The notes: generated by a model not told the origin, from the sequence alone. 63,881 nt of DNA, filler included, from Folioceros fuciformis (GCA_049999805.1; 16 parts of 16 records of this genome joined end to end with filler, not necessarily neighbours in it), one strand, 5' to 3'; positions 26,253 through 38,981 are shown, counted from the first letter of the whole stretch. Made by a program: numbers and translations.

Positions 26253-26856
26253 NNNNNNNNNNNNNNNNNNNNNNNNNNNNNNNNNNNNNNNNNNNNTTAA
26301 TTAATTAANNNNNNNNNNNNNNNNNNNNNNNNNNNNNNNNNNNNNNNNNNNNATGTCAACCGCAGGCAGGAGGATCCCCATCCGAAGTGCCCACCCTCCT
26401 TCTAGTCCGGAGCCTGAAGACCTTCTTGGCCCTATGGTCCCCACTGGCCCTGCACCCAGACTCGGGAGGAAGCAGACCGGATGGAGCTGGTCCGCTTGGT
26501 GGCCGAGCAACATTACAACGAAAAGCACGGCATCGGACCTTCTGGTGTCAACCGACCTCCTTTGCCCAGAGGCCGAAAGAAGGGGAAAGGAACCCGCTAG
26601 CCTAGCCCACCTCCCATCGGAGTGATCCCCCCTTCGGCTCCCCGCCCAACTCCTACCCTAGCCCAGGAACAGGAGGATTGCCGGAGAACCCTCCCCCGAT
26701 CCATCGTCTTGGAGGATCTGATCGACGAAGGCATCATGGACCCAGAGCCCATGCAGAGGGCAATCTGGACATCTTTCGGGAGGGCCAAGCTACCTCCTAC
26801 CTACCGGTTTTATATCGGAGTAGCTTTGGAGGGAGCAACCCAAGCAGCCCAAGGAA

Positions 26857-27128
26857 TTGTGTTTGCAAACATGGCTGCGTTTAGCTTTGGAATGGATGCA
26901 TCCAAAGTGAACATTCATCCATTTCTTTCACCACTTGCAATCAATTTGCTCTTAGTACCATATTTCTCATAAAGCACCCATCTTTATTGAATTTTGTTTA
27001 GTTATCTATCCAACAGACAACAAATTTTTCATAATAGTTAGAACATGTAACACATCTTGCAAATGTAAAAAAAAAACTTCCCTGTGTAGCAACAATGCTA
27101 CCAATTCATCCCAACTTGGAGGTTTAGC
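26857..27128 (-). mobile_element. Short deleted Copia fragment related to 47852-49966
   Basis: KPPSWDELVALLLH and MFTLDAS..LNAAMF match peptides of the 47852-49966 element. Confidence 0.7.
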
Positions 27129-28351
27129 TGTGGCGGCCAAATCTCGGGGAGTGGGACTCCCTAAGCTCTGTCCTATAGTAGTGGCCACACTTATCCCATT
27201 GTTGTTAGTATAGAATGGGTTTCTATCCCATCAAAGGGTGGCTAGTGTTCCCAATGTGTAGTGTATGAGATGACTTCTCCCAACTCCACAACTCCACAAC
27301 TCCACAACTCCACAACTCTTATGTCCAACCCACCAACTCCTGTCCACCCAACTGCTGACCCTCTACTCCTAACCTCGCGACCCCTAGTTAGGGCTCGTCT
27401 AGCTGCTAACAGATAAGGTCTGTCACCCCTTACCTGACCACACAACCTCCCAATTCACACTTCTCATGTCTTGCAACCAACTCCTACCTAAATCGCTTCT
27501 GACTTTGCTATCTCCGGTTAGAGGTACTACTCAACTTCCAACAGACCTGCCAATTGCAGATAGGTCAAGATTGTCACTCCTACCCTGCCAACGGTTTAGG
27601 TCGCCATTTCTGACCTCTAGACAGATCTTCGCACTCACAGCTACTGTAGCTGTTACTGCCTACAGCCCCTCACTCTATGTGCTGGAATCCACAAGTTAGA
27701 ACCTACAGAAGGAAGGTACAACCAGGTTGCAACCCCCCTTCCTCAGATCCTGCCAGCACCACATTAGAAACACACACCAATTAGGGCAACATTGAGGAAA
27801 CATAGCCTCAGGCTCTTGGCCAAGCCTTGAGCACTCTCGATGCCTTGGAACTTGTGGAGGCAAAACCCCGGGCACTGATTGCCGACGGGTTCCACCTTTA
27901 GTGGCCACACTTATCCCACTGTCGTTGAGACATTGGGTTCCGTTCCCACGAAGGAGCGATGGGGTTCCTTGCTACTATGGATGGATGGTTGGACTCAATC
28001 GACTCGATGATGGATTCGAGGGCTCCCCTCTAGCTTCGATCAGGCGTAGGACAGGCCTCGCTGTCCAGCGGTCAGCTGCACCTCTCTTGGTGCCCACAAA
28101 CTCACTCCAGTCACTACAACGACCCTGACCTCTTAGATCTGTGACTTCCCTCACTCACTCACTCACTCTCTCGCTCCAACACCAACACCAGCAACCAACA
28201 ACGACACCACTACCTTCTACACTTCCCTACTAACTCCTCCTACTCGGCAAGAGTCATTAGACTAACCCCAAAGAAAAGAAAGAAGGGAACACACTCCCCT
28301 CTGGGATATCTCCTCCCCACAACCTTACCAGACGCCATGAAACATGACCGG
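27129..28351 (+). repeat. Repeat family R2, 'B' termini: diverged copy from 27129 (TGTGGCGGCC) and nested copy from 27853 (TGTGGAGGCAAAA)
   Basis: Shared TAGTGGCCACACTTATCCCA core. The 27853 copy matches 31209-31376 and 53355-53410 (rc). Confidence 0.75.
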
Positions 28352-29066
28352 TGTGGAGTGATTTCTTGCATCCAAGAACCACCCAAGGGGCCACACATTC
28401 CCCTATTGTCGTTGCAATCCTATGGTTCGCTCCCAAGGGAGTGAACTAGTGCCAAGGAACGCTACCTATCACACTTCTACCTATCAGCCGATCTATAGGT
28501 CTGTTCATACACTCATAACAAAAGGGCTAGAAGCCTAACCTACCCTCTAAGTCAGCTCACCCAACTCACACTCCTGTTTCTTCAGTCCTCCAGCTCTTCT
28601 TGATTCCCACTTCAATCCCTTCCTCCTTACTTCAGTCCTCCAAGATCCCCACTTCAGTCCCTTCCTTTTCACTTCAGTCCTTCACCCTCCACTTCAACAC
28701 GCACTCCTACCCTTCAGAAGCTCACTCTTCACTTCTATGCATCCCACTCCAACTCTTCCTCTCTTTTCTTCAGCTCTTCCCCCCCTAGAAATTAGGGCAC
28801 AATGGCTTCACTTCTTACAGCCTTCAAGCATAGTGCGGATCTAGGACTGGATAGCCCTTCAGCTCACGGTCCTGTTCCTTCACTTCAGCCAACCTGCGAT
28901 TCATGTAGCCCTTGCGGATCCGGCCACACGGATCTTGACAGCCCCGGGATCCCCACGTTCCCCTAGTGGCAAGGGGAATCAGGACTTTGGGTCGACCTCA
29001 ACCGGCTCAGCGCCCTAAGCCAGGAGTTCTACCCACAAAATCCGGGGACCTCACACCATAGACCGC
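28352..29066 (+). repeat. Repeat family R2, 'A' terminus (TGTGGAGTGATTTCTTGCA...), probable LTR
   Basis: Collinear with 40961-41649, 40374-40960 (rc), 30274-31079 (rc) and 58012-58133 (rc). Confidence 0.85.
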
Positions 29067-29166
29067 NNNNNNNNNNNNNNNNNNNNNNNNNNNNNNNNNN
29101 NNNNNNNNNNTTAATTAATTAANNNNNNNNNNNNNNNNNNNNNNNNNNNNNNNNNNNNNNNNNNNN

Positions 29167-30173
29167 ACTTCCTGCAACAGGAGACAGGCTATGTGGTGTT
29201 AGCTTTGTACGTAGACGACTGTATTCTACTTGGTACTGATCTTGAAGGTATCAACCGAGTTAGGTCTCTTATCTGGCAGATTTGATATGGTGGATGTTGG
29301 GGAACTCTCTTACTGTTTGGGTACTCAACTCCTGCGAGATAAGTCCAGTGGCACGCTAGTTATCCATCAAGAAAAATACATCTTTGATATGCTACATAAG
29401 TATAAGCTCACGGAGGCTAAACCTGCTGCAACTCCTATGGAAGCAGGTTGTAAACTCACACTGGAGCATTCACCAGTGACTGATTCAGAAAAACAGGAAA
29501 TGCAGGACGTACCTTATGCACAGGCGGTTGGCTCGCTGATTTTCTGCTCCAATAACACGAGACCAGACATAGCGTTGCCAGTTAGTACTACTTCACAGTT
29601 CCTTAAGCAACCTAGCAGAACACACTGGTCTGCCGTTAAAAGGATCCTACGGTACCTGAAGGGTACAAGTTGTCACGACATTCATTATACAAAGCAACAT
29701 CATGAAGGAGAGCCACTTACTTTGATAGGGTACTGTGATGCTGACTGGGCAGCAAATTCTGACTCCAGGAAGTCAGTGTCGGCTTATGTTTTTCTTCTGG
29801 CAGGCGGTGCCATAACCTGGTCTTCGAAAAAGCAAACCACAGTTTCGTTGTCCTCGACTGAATCAGAGTATTATGCTCTTACACAAGCAGCGAAGGAAGA
29901 AATATGGCTCCGGAGGCTACTAAAAAATTTGGGTCAAGAGCAGGTGCAGCCTACTACAATTCACTGTGATAGCACAGGTGCCTTGGCTCTGGTTGAAAAT
30001 CCAGTCTTCCATGCGAGGACAAAACATATTGAAGTGCACCATCATTTCATTCGTGAAGCAGTATCTTCTGGACAGGTGCATCTCGAATATATCCCTACAG
30101 ATTCGAATGCTGCAAATGTTTTAACGAAGGCTCTACCTAAGGGGAAACATGTGCAATTCAAAGAAGCCATAGG
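29167..30173 (+). mobile_element. Copia RT C-terminus and RNase H fragment
   Basis: YVDD near 29208, TRPDI, HWSAVKRILRYLKGT, GYCDADWA, SSTESEY, FHARTKHIEV. Confidence 0.95.
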
Positions 30174-30273
30174 NNNNNNNNNNNNNNNNNNNNNNNNNNN
30201 NNNNNNNNNNNNNNNNNTTAATTAATTAANNNNNNNNNNNNNNNNNNNNNNNNNNNNNNNNNNNNNNNNNNNN

Positions 30274-31079
30274 ATTGAGGGGGGAGGTTTTTTTTGGTGA
30301 GAGCTCCCTTGACCTTGTGTGCAGGCTACTGGGTTAGAGGTTTAACCCAGTGTGCAGATGTGCCTCGGCCTTGATTCCCCATGACACTAGGGGAACGTGG
30401 TGGCTCCCAAAATCACCGAGATCTTGGTGGCCAGATCCGCAGGGGCTGACCTTTCTTGCATGCTGGTTGGGTGGTTGGGGTACTTTGATGTCCCTAAGGG
30501 GTTTCCAAGGCGACAGATTGTAGGGCTGTGAGCCGAGTGGGCCATCCAGCCTAGGTTTGCACACCCTTGCCTCAAGGACTGCAAGTGAGGGGCTGCTGTG
30601 TTTCAAAATCGAGGAGTGAGACGTGATGGTGAAGGATTGAAGAGTTGGAGTGCTGGAGAAGTGCTGGAGTAGAGAGTTGTTGTGCTGAGGTGAGGAGCTT
30701 AGGTGCTGAAGTTCTCAATCAGCTGCTGAGGTCGCTGGCATTTAGGGCTGAGAGTGGAGGTTGAGGCCAGGGCTGGAACCTCCTCTCAGCTGTTGAGGTG
30801 GCTAATACCCGGAGCTAGGAGTGGGAGCTGAAGATGATGTTGAGTCCTCATTCAACTGGGGTTGTAGTTGGTGTTGAAGACAGGGTTCTGATCTTTTTGT
30901 TGTAGTGTGGTTAGGTCTAGGAGCTGGCTGATAGATAGGATCAGATGAGGGCAGAGTGGGGGAAATTGTAGGAAACCTTGACACTGGTTCACTCCCTTGG
31001 GAGCGAATCCTAGTACTACGACGATAATAAGGGGGAAGTGTGGCCCTTGGTGGTTCTTGGGTGCAAGTTCCACTCCACA
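30274..31079 (-). repeat. Repeat family R2, 'A' terminus, diverged copy
   Basis: Reverse complement begins TGTGGAGTGGAACTTGCACCCAAGAACC, as at 28352. Confidence 0.8.
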
Positions 31080-31208
31080 CTCCGCCAGGTGAGGGATGAC
31101 TTCGTTGACAAAGTGTGTTCCCCTGTCACTCACTAACTCCAAGGGAGAGCCATGACGGGCAATCACCTGCTCAAACAAGAACTTCGCTAGCACATGAGCA
31201 GTGTCTAC
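31080..31208 (-). mobile_element. Ty3/Gypsy integrase core fragment between two R2 termini
   Basis: AKFLFEQVIARHGSPLELVSDRGTHFVNEVI, homologous to 41750-42080. Confidence 0.85.
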
Positions 31209-31376
31209 TATGGAGGCAAAATCCCGCGCATTGATTGCCAACGGGTTCCACCTTTAGTGGCCACACTTATCCCACTATCGTTGAGACATTGGGTTTCGTT
31301 CCCACGAAGGAGCGATGGGGTTCCTTGCTGCTGTGGATGGAGGGTCGGACTTGATCGACTCGATGATGGATTCGAG
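31209..31376 (+). repeat. Repeat family R2, 'B' terminus
   Basis: Matches 27853-28020. Confidence 0.85.
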
Positions 31377-31476
31377 NNNNNNNNNNNNNNNNNNNNNNNN
31401 NNNNNNNNNNNNNNNNNNNNTTAATTAATTAANNNNNNNNNNNNNNNNNNNNNNNNNNNNNNNNNNNNNNNNNNNN

Positions 31477-32881
31477 GACAGAATGACGCACGAAATGGTG
31501 CTGAATCTCTATGTGTTTGGTACAAGCGTGAAAGTGGGGATTCCCAACAAGTGCAATTGTGGATTAATTATCGCAGAAGATAGTGGTAGGGTTGGGCTGT
31601 GCAACATGGAGACTAGCCAAGAAGCTGCGAGCCCATTCGGCTTTCTTAGCCGAATCTGTGAGAGCTTTATACTCTGCCTCCGTGGAGGACAGAGCCATGG
31701 AAACTTGCTTCTTTGTGCTCCATGTTATAGCTGCTCCAGAAAGAAAGAAACAATAAGCGGACAAGCTTCGTCGACTTTCTAGGTCCGAAGCCTAATCAGC
31801 ATCAGCATACCCTACTAATGTAGAACCATCTGGTATGTCCCCTCTGTAACACAAGCCATATGCAGAAGTGCCTTTGAGATAACGCAATATGCGTTTGACT
31901 GCGCTCCAGAGTTCTTTACCAGGCCGCTCTAAGAACTGAGCAACAAAGTTTACGGCATGTTGTATATCCGTGCGTGTCCAGCAAGCGATATAATTCAGGC
32001 ATCCAACTGCGTGACGATAAGGGACAATGAACATAGCTTCAGCCTCATTATCATCCTTGGGTGAATGCTCAGAGGTAAGCCTTAATCCAACATTTCCGGG
32101 AGTACTGACTGATCGTGCACTGTCCAAATTGAAACGTCGTAGGGTTTCATTGATGTATTTGGCCTGGTGCAGAACCAGAGTTTTATTACGTCTGTCACGC
32201 CACAGCTGAACTCTCAGGACAAATGTAAGTGTCCCGATGTCCTTCATGTCATACTGCTTGTGTAGCATTTGTTTGGCCCAGTCTAGCAGCTCACGATTGT
32301 CAGAAGCCAAGATAGCATCATCAACGTAGAGAGCGAGCAGGACAATGCGGCCACCTTTGAAATACACATAAACATTAGCATCGGCTGAATTCTGAATGAA
32401 ACCAATGGATTTCAGGTACGCATCTATGGTCTTATACCACTCACGGGCACTCTGTTTGAGACCATAGATCGTTTTCTTCAACTTACAAACCCAAGTGGGA
32501 TGTGTAGAATCTACGAAGCCCTCAGGCTGCATCATGAAAATGTCTTCTTCAAGCTTGCCATATAAGAAGGCTGTAGATACGTCCATTTGCTCCAAGTGCC
32601 AATCTCGAGAAGCAGCCAGTGCTAGGATGATTCTAATCGACTGATTTTTGACTACAGGATTGAACGTCTCAGTGTAATCTACACCAGGAACTTGAGAGAA
32701 ACAACTTGAGACAAACCCGCGAGCGACAAGTCTAGATTTGTATCTCGCGATTTCTCCTTGAGCATTAAGCTTATGCTTAAAAACCCATTTGCAGCTCATG
32801 GCCTTTCGTCCAACAGGTAAGGGACAAAGCTCCCAGGTTCCATTTTGTATGAGAGAATCATACTCATCCTTAATGGAGGGT
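31477..32881 (-). mobile_element. Copia RT and RNase H fragment
   Basis: 335-aa ORF containing CKWVFKHK, QMDVSTAFL, YGLKQS, LYVDD and GYADAD, followed by SSTEAEY. Confidence 0.96.
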
Positions 32882-32981
32882 NNNNNNNNNNNNNNNNNNN
32901 NNNNNNNNNNNNNNNNNNNNNNNNNTTAATTAATTAANNNNNNNNNNNNNNNNNNNNNNNNNNNNNNNNNNNNNNNNNNNN

Positions 32982-33738
32982 GGATAGGGAGGGGGAAGGA
33001 GAGGGGGAGATGGAGAAGGAGAAGGAGGCGGGGAAGCCTCATGCCGGCCAATCTGCGAGTGTGAGCTACCAGCACGAAATGCTGCTGGAGAGTAAGGTGC
33101 TGCCGTATCTGCGGAGCGAGCAGCTGCGGATCGAGTCCTCCATCGTGCCCGCGGGCCCGCTCAACAAGGAGATGGCAATTGCGTTGGGATTGCCCTCGGG
33201 GAATGTGGATATCTTGAGGCACAGATCGGCGCAGCGGGACGCCATGCCGGATTGGAAGCTCTTCCAGCTCTTTGATCAGCCGCCGGATCCCAAGAATTTC
33301 AAGGCCAGGCTGAGCTACACCAAGATGGACGTGAAGCAGAGTAGTCATATGAACGCGCTGCACCGCTTGGTGTACGGCAAGACGGCGGAGGAGTGCGGGC
33401 GGAAGGTGTGCAAGGAGTATGCCCGCGCTTATGCCATCGAGATGTGCAAGCCCTGCACGCTGCGCCTGGATTGGGCGCAGTTTGCGGTTGATAAGCGCGG
33501 CAAGAGAGCGCAGCGGCGGCAGGAGGCCCTGCCGCCTCAGGTGCTGGCTCAGGTGGCCATAGTTGCCAAGGAGGCCGATTTCGAACGGCCTCGACCGCAG
33601 TACGCGAGCCAGCAGCAGCGGGTCGGAGAGCCGCAGGAGAGGCAGCGGCCTGCGCTTCACAGGGTGGACGATTCTCGCCAATCCCGACTTGAGAGGGCCA
33701 AGAGGTTGCTTGGCTTCCAGCCGGCTTCGCCGCGGTGA
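32982..33738 (+). CDS. Hypothetical protein, intronless in view, possibly 5'-truncated by the gap (first ATG 33010)
   Basis: 242-aa ORF with a strong G/C third-position bias; the frame is open back to the linker. No confident family. Confidence 0.65.
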
Positions 33739-34108
33739 TTGCCGTGCTTTCTGGTACTCTTCGTGCGTCTGCGGATGGGAGCATGTGATGCGAGGGCTGG
33801 AGTAATCCGCCCCCGCCCTGGAGGCACGCAGTCAAGCATTTCGCTTGATTCAGGTCGGACCGCCATGCACCAGGGAGATCACTCTTGTTGCTGCTTCCTT
33901 GTCACCTCGAGGGGAGTACTGACAAAGCAACTAGCTAAGCTCTAAGCTAAGGTGATTGATATCCTCTACCGGCAGGATCAGTGTTGGAGGAAGGGAAGAT
34001 GTTTGCTAGCTCACATCCGACTCGAGGCACCTTGTCTAGCTAGGTCAGGAGCGTCCAGGGGTCGGCATCGCACCTGCTGCTACTGCTGCTGCGTCAGGTG
34101 CTAGGCCA

Positions 34109-34782
34109 TTATTTGTGCATCTGCAATTGGATGCTCAGCCTGGTCGCGCAGCAAACTCCTCCTCTATCCTTAGGGCTGCCAGCGGCCATGTCCAAGATTA
34201 CTAGATCACAGCGCCTCCTCGTGTTGGACTCTGCTCTTTTTCCTGTCTTCACGAACTCTGCGGCAATGTCGGCCTCATAGTGGCCTGCGTCATCCAGTCT
34301 CTTGTGTATACCACCATTATTCTCACGAGACCAAATGTTTGCTGATTCTTCTGTCCAGGTTTAGGGGCGAGCAGCCAGAGACCCCACAAGTACACCTTTT
34401 ACACACAGGAGTAGGCGTGTAAGGCGTGTGTTTGCTTGTGTGTGTCAGTAGACTACTCGCAGGTAGTACCTGAATTAGGAAACGCCTGCCTCTGCCGCCC
34501 TTGAACTCTTCCATCTTCCATGCATACTGTTGGGCTGAGGGCTTGGACTTTGTCAACTGCGTACAGTATGTATGTCGGAACATGAACACTCACGCGTGTG
34601 GCACGTACGCGTCTGGGGACGCGTACATACATACATTGATACATGTATACATCATCCAGTACATTGCAGTACACGGCACACCAATCCATGTACCTAGAGT
34701 TGCGACAGGTCCATAGTAACCTTGAATCCTCTGGAAGTCGAGTCGAGGGTCCTTGCTGCAAAGTTCCTTGTGCAACAACTTC
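34109..34782 (-). CDS. Probable exons of an unannotated multi-exon gene (34782-34694, 34556-34470, from 34350); further exons possible up to ~35800
   Basis: Three AG/GT-bounded segments splice with matching phases into one open frame: KLLHKELCSKDPRLDFQRIQGYYGPVATLVDKVQ...NSEESANIWSRE.... No homology recognised. Confidence 0.38.
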
Positions 34783-34876
34783 CTGATCGTTGAAAAGCGA
34801 GCAGAAGCCAGCCCATTTCCAGCCCATCTCCAGAATCCTCATGTGTACACGGACGGACACCATGCTATAAACTGCC

Positions 34877-34943
34877 ACTCGACTCAACTCAACTCGACTC
34901 GACTCGACTCGATCCCCGCACAGCATAGCATAGCATAGCACAG
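34877..34943. repeat. Compound pentanucleotide microsatellite (ACTCG/ACTCA)n plus (AGCAT)n
   Basis: Read directly from the sequence. Confidence 0.85.
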
Positions 34944-35904
34944 CTCAGCTGCTGGACGGGACAGGCAGACACCTGGTGTTGCTGTTGATCTAGTATGCGT
35001 GTTCCAGTATAAAGTGTCGCACAGCAATCATGCAGAACTTGGGAAGCACGGAGAGAGAAGAAGCCGAGTAGAGTACAGTACGATGAAGGTGCCAGGTACA
35101 AGAAGGTAAACAAACAAACTCCCTGTCTATCTTGCCTCCTGTCAAGCTTTCTTCCTTGTGAAGGCCGGGAGGGGAGAAGTTTCGGGAGATTCTGGTCCAT
35201 GGACTCCCGTCCCGTCTCCCATCCAAGATTTCCTCCGAGAGAAGACTGTTACACAACTGCTGAACAATGCTACAGTGATATCCTGTAAAGGGTCCCACGC
35301 GGCCGCTTTCTCTGAAGGGGCCTGTCATACTTCTCTGTTACGCTGATCCTTTTGCAGCCCCTTCTCATTTCAGCCAACAGCTCGGGAAGGGCTGATCGCT
35401 GGAGAACACGAGATGCACTGCATGTGGCCCAGCTTTTAAGCTGAGACAGAAATCTTCTCGGATTGCGCGGAGATTGAATGAACATCGCGGGCAACTTCCT
35501 ATTGACTAAAAAGGAGCACAAGGTAACCACCAGAGCCCAAGCGCCAAATTTACCAGCGCATTTTCCAACACGAAGGGGATAAAAGTTATGTATGTACAGC
35601 GCACTGAAAGGCAGCATTTTCCTGCCACCAGACACTTTAAATCCAGATCTAGGCGGGCTGGATGGAACTTGCGGAACACGAATCTGATGCACAGGGAACC
35701 ACTCCCATCAGTGACACACACACGTGGAACAGTAGACGGCTTCACTTACACAGGAGGAGCAACAAGTACACCTGCCCAAGAGGAAAAAATGGTAGGGCAT
35801 ATGCCTCGGGATTCAGAACTGGAATGCTTACTTCGTAGAGACCATGTCTGGGCTGGAAGCAGGTCTCAGAGTCATTGCATTTTGTGAGGTTGATACATGG
35901 TCGA

Positions 35905-36984
35905 TTACAGGAAATACTTCATCCGCACATCCCTCTTCATCGCATCGTACACTTCGCATACCTGAAAAACAAAACGTGCTATTCGGAGAACCCTACAGTA
36001 TCTGGTTACTGTGCTTCGGACATCCGGAACCTACCTGAAGCACCAAAGAGACGGTCCTTACCTGCTCACTGGATTCCACAAGCACGGGTCCGATGTTGAC
36101 AGAAATGTATTTGCCCTTCGCTGATACCTTTCGACTTACAAATTCCTGGACACATGCATTCTCAGGTCATCAGTACAGGGATCAAACCCTCTCCTTGTGA
36201 ATGCTTGCTATTCTACCGGCTCACAAATCCTGAACATGATACATCACAATCCTGAAAGGCCGGTACCTCTGGCACCGGATTTTGGAGGACAGACTCGACG
36301 GCCAGCACCATGGCCTGAACAAAATCATCCCCTCCAACACCGATAGCTGTAAACCCTCGTGTCATCGGGTACGAGTTAACCTGCGAAGCAAGACCTGACA
36401 TTGCATTATTCGGCCAAATTCCCCTCAACCTCACTTCCTCACAACAAGCAACGACAACTCGCATGCAAACCTTCTCATCGAGAACCCTCCATTCCTCTCT
36501 CCCAGACCCTTCAGACGCAGTGACTCCCATCACCATATTGGTGGTCTGGGCAAGCCTACCCTCAGCTTTGGACACCTCTGCACAGCAAAGCAATTCACCC
36601 GTTTCTCCACCACGGTAAGAGAGATCTCCACTCAACTTCCTCTCCCTCCCACCTCAACCCTAACGCAAACCTAAAAAGCACACCAAACTCCACCCCCGCG
36701 TTGCGCAAACTCCACCATCTCCACATCAAACAAACCAGCAAGTGCACATCGCTCTCCTACACACCTGTAATTGCCTTGAGAACTGCTTCCTGCGGAGGGC
36801 TCCTCCCGTCGCTGCTGCTCTGCCGGTACGTGCATCTGCACGCAAGCGTACTTGGATTCCGAGCAGCCCTGCACGCTCCCCTACCATTCACCAGTGAATG
36901 CAGTACCCTTGACCTGGGAGGCATAGCTGAGGTCGCAGTCCCCAGCCCTCCTCCCACCAGCGCACCACACTGGGCACCTCCCAT
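35905..36984 (-). CDS. DUF493 (YbeD/HP0495-like) plant protein with probable plastid transit peptide; exons 36984-36765, 36577-36471, 36380-36267, 36145-36062, 35961-35905 (193 aa)
   Basis: Spliced translation EAVLKAITEVSKAEGR...LDEKVNSYPMTRGFTAIGVGGDDFVQAMV.AVESV...SAKGKYISVNIGPV..SSEQVCEVYDAMKRDVRMKYFL resembles the plant DUF493 family as I recall it. 582 nt with consistent phases. Confidence 0.88.
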
Positions 36985-38153
36985 TCTCTCCTACCACTGT
37001 CCCAAACCCTCCACAGCCTGACCGTCCTCCCGTCGTGACCACTTCAGAGCAAGCACTTCACCACCCTGACATCTTCATCCTGAACGTACATTACACCTCC
37101 ACACCTCTCGCCTCCAGAGCGGCCAATTCGCGAACTCGAGCAACCACAATGGAATTGGGAGGAAGGCAAATTCGACGACAGCAGAACTGTGACCCCAGAT
37201 GTCAACAGCCCAAATATCTTCGTGTTTCATCAAACATCAATCACGATAAACCCCACACGGAGCCAATCCCTTTCCAAAGTCTGTAAAACGGGCACACATA
37301 ACGCTCGTCCAGAACGCTTTATATTATGGTTATTTTTTCGCATCTCATTTTCTATAATAAAGCCTTCATAGATATTATTTAATATATCAATGGACATTTA
37401 TAATAATATTCTTTGCGTCCATCCCTTTCATCTCATTTCTTAATTCAAATTTCCCAAATGGTGGAGGACTGGCAGGTACGGACTGAGTTTTCTTTTGCAT
37501 GGCCTCCATCTTAATCTGCATATGGCATCCCAAATATTCCTCCCCAGACTTATGGAAATTTTTATATCATTACATTTAAATATATTTTATATTTTATCTA
37601 ATATATCCAAAATCAATACTTTTTCATTGCTATGATTTTATATACATATATCAAGATTCTGACATAGTATATGTACTCAATCCAATTTCAACTAGTGCAT
37701 TTATTATTGGTTGGATTGGGAGTCCCGCTATTGTGGGACTTGTTGGGTTACGAAGAAACTAACTCTCTAATTGCTAGTAGGATTTTATATGTCATCCATG
37801 AGTATTACCCAATGCTAACCTCGGGAAGTGGGTGAGATGGAGGGCACCAAAGAATTGAGGGGATGAAAAGTTGAGATCATGATACAAGAAAGGACAAACT
37901 CCTTTCATCTTTTATTGGGTCTTTAGAGAAGCCTAATCTAACCACAATCAGACTTCATCTTTCAAAACATTCTGATAAGTGGGTTTGAAGACTAGGAAGC
38001 CCCTAGGTTTTTGTAATTTACAAGCGAAGTATCATGCAGTCTTATGTTTGCTACTTACCAAAAGAACTACAAGGAAACCTCTCATTAAAACACAAGATGG
38101 AAAACCCATCTATCCTTAGAGAGGGAGGTAAACCATGATAGGGACACTAGGGG

Positions 38154-38339
38154 CTAACCTCTAAGCCTAATGACTACCGATAGCATATAAAATATCATGG
38201 TTCGAGAGGAGAAAGCCTCTGCCTCTCCTACCAATGTTGTCATCCTCTTGTATATGGCATTAGGCAAGGCTCGCTGCAGAGCAATGGAAAGGTGTGTCCT
38301 ATAGTCTAGGGGTCTAGTGTCATGTGTGTAGCTCACCAT
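38154..38339 (-). mobile_element. Degenerate RLE-type (CRE/NeSL-like) non-LTR retrotransposon C-terminal remnant
   Basis: YRTHLSIALQRALPNAI resembles the R-x-SIALQR-x-x-A-x-AI motif that ends restriction-like-endonuclease non-LTR ORFs. Confidence 0.45.
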
Positions 38340-38822
38340 ATATCATGCATGAGAGCACTATACTTTTTTCAACAATTTTTAGTGTTGAGAGCCTATGATG
38401 GCTCTAAGCTTTGTGTACTTCTTGCAAAAGCTAGTTTCTCTTCATTTGAGCTTTTATTTCTATTATCATTTCAGTTCTGAATTTGGAGTTGAAGCTAATC
38501 AATTCGCAGTCTTGGATGTAGGCTTAGTCTCTTAATGTTGGAGCACCCATCTTGTACTCTAACCTGTCCCAAAAATGTGTACCGTCATGTTGCTAGGTGG
38601 CAAGAAGCAATATAAACATGCTCTATCATGCCACACATATGTGATCTTAGTTGAGTTATTGAAAGGAAGGCTTAGTACCATACTCACACCAACACATGAC
38701 AACATAAGTCGGTTCCTAACCTCTTGCTTAGTTTCATGATCTAGGGTTGATCTACTCCAAAGCTTGATTTGCTACAAGGCTAGACTTAAGATTGTAATGG
38801 CTTCCTAACATGGCCCCTCTTA

Positions 38823-38981
38823 ATGACTTAAGGATGCACTTGGCTTAATGTTAGAGGCATGGACATCATACAGCCATGACTTAAGGATGCACTTGGCTTA
38901 ATGTTAGAGGCATGGACATCATACAGCCATGACTTAAGGATGCACTTGGCTCAATGTTAGAGGCATGGACATCATACAGCC
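38823..38981. repeat. 53-bp tandem repeat, three copies
   Basis: ATGACTTAAGGATGCACTTGGCTTAATGTTAGAGGCATGGACATCATACAGCC at 38823, 38876 and 38929, with one mismatch in the third copy. Confidence 0.95.

Noticed and set aside
32690-32720. Five-residue insertion in Copia RT (RGFVSSCFSQ)
   Set aside because: A local imperfect duplication of TCTCAAGTT in a dead copy; ordinary decay.
32926-33835. Long antisense ORFs over the GC-rich gene, and the many short overlapping ORFs elsewhere
   Set aside because: Shadow frames caused by codon bias or TE/repeat sequence, with no independent support.
37372-37475. AG/GT-bounded hydrophobic segment (YYLIYQWTFIIIFFASIPFISF...) as a possible CAPE transmembrane exon
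   Set aside because: T-rich DNA yields such peptides by chance and I recognise no CAPE similarity. A tBLASTn hit would be needed.
38823-38981. Possible CRISPR-like array
   Set aside because: Units are contiguous with no unique spacers, the context is eukaryotic and there are no cas genes.
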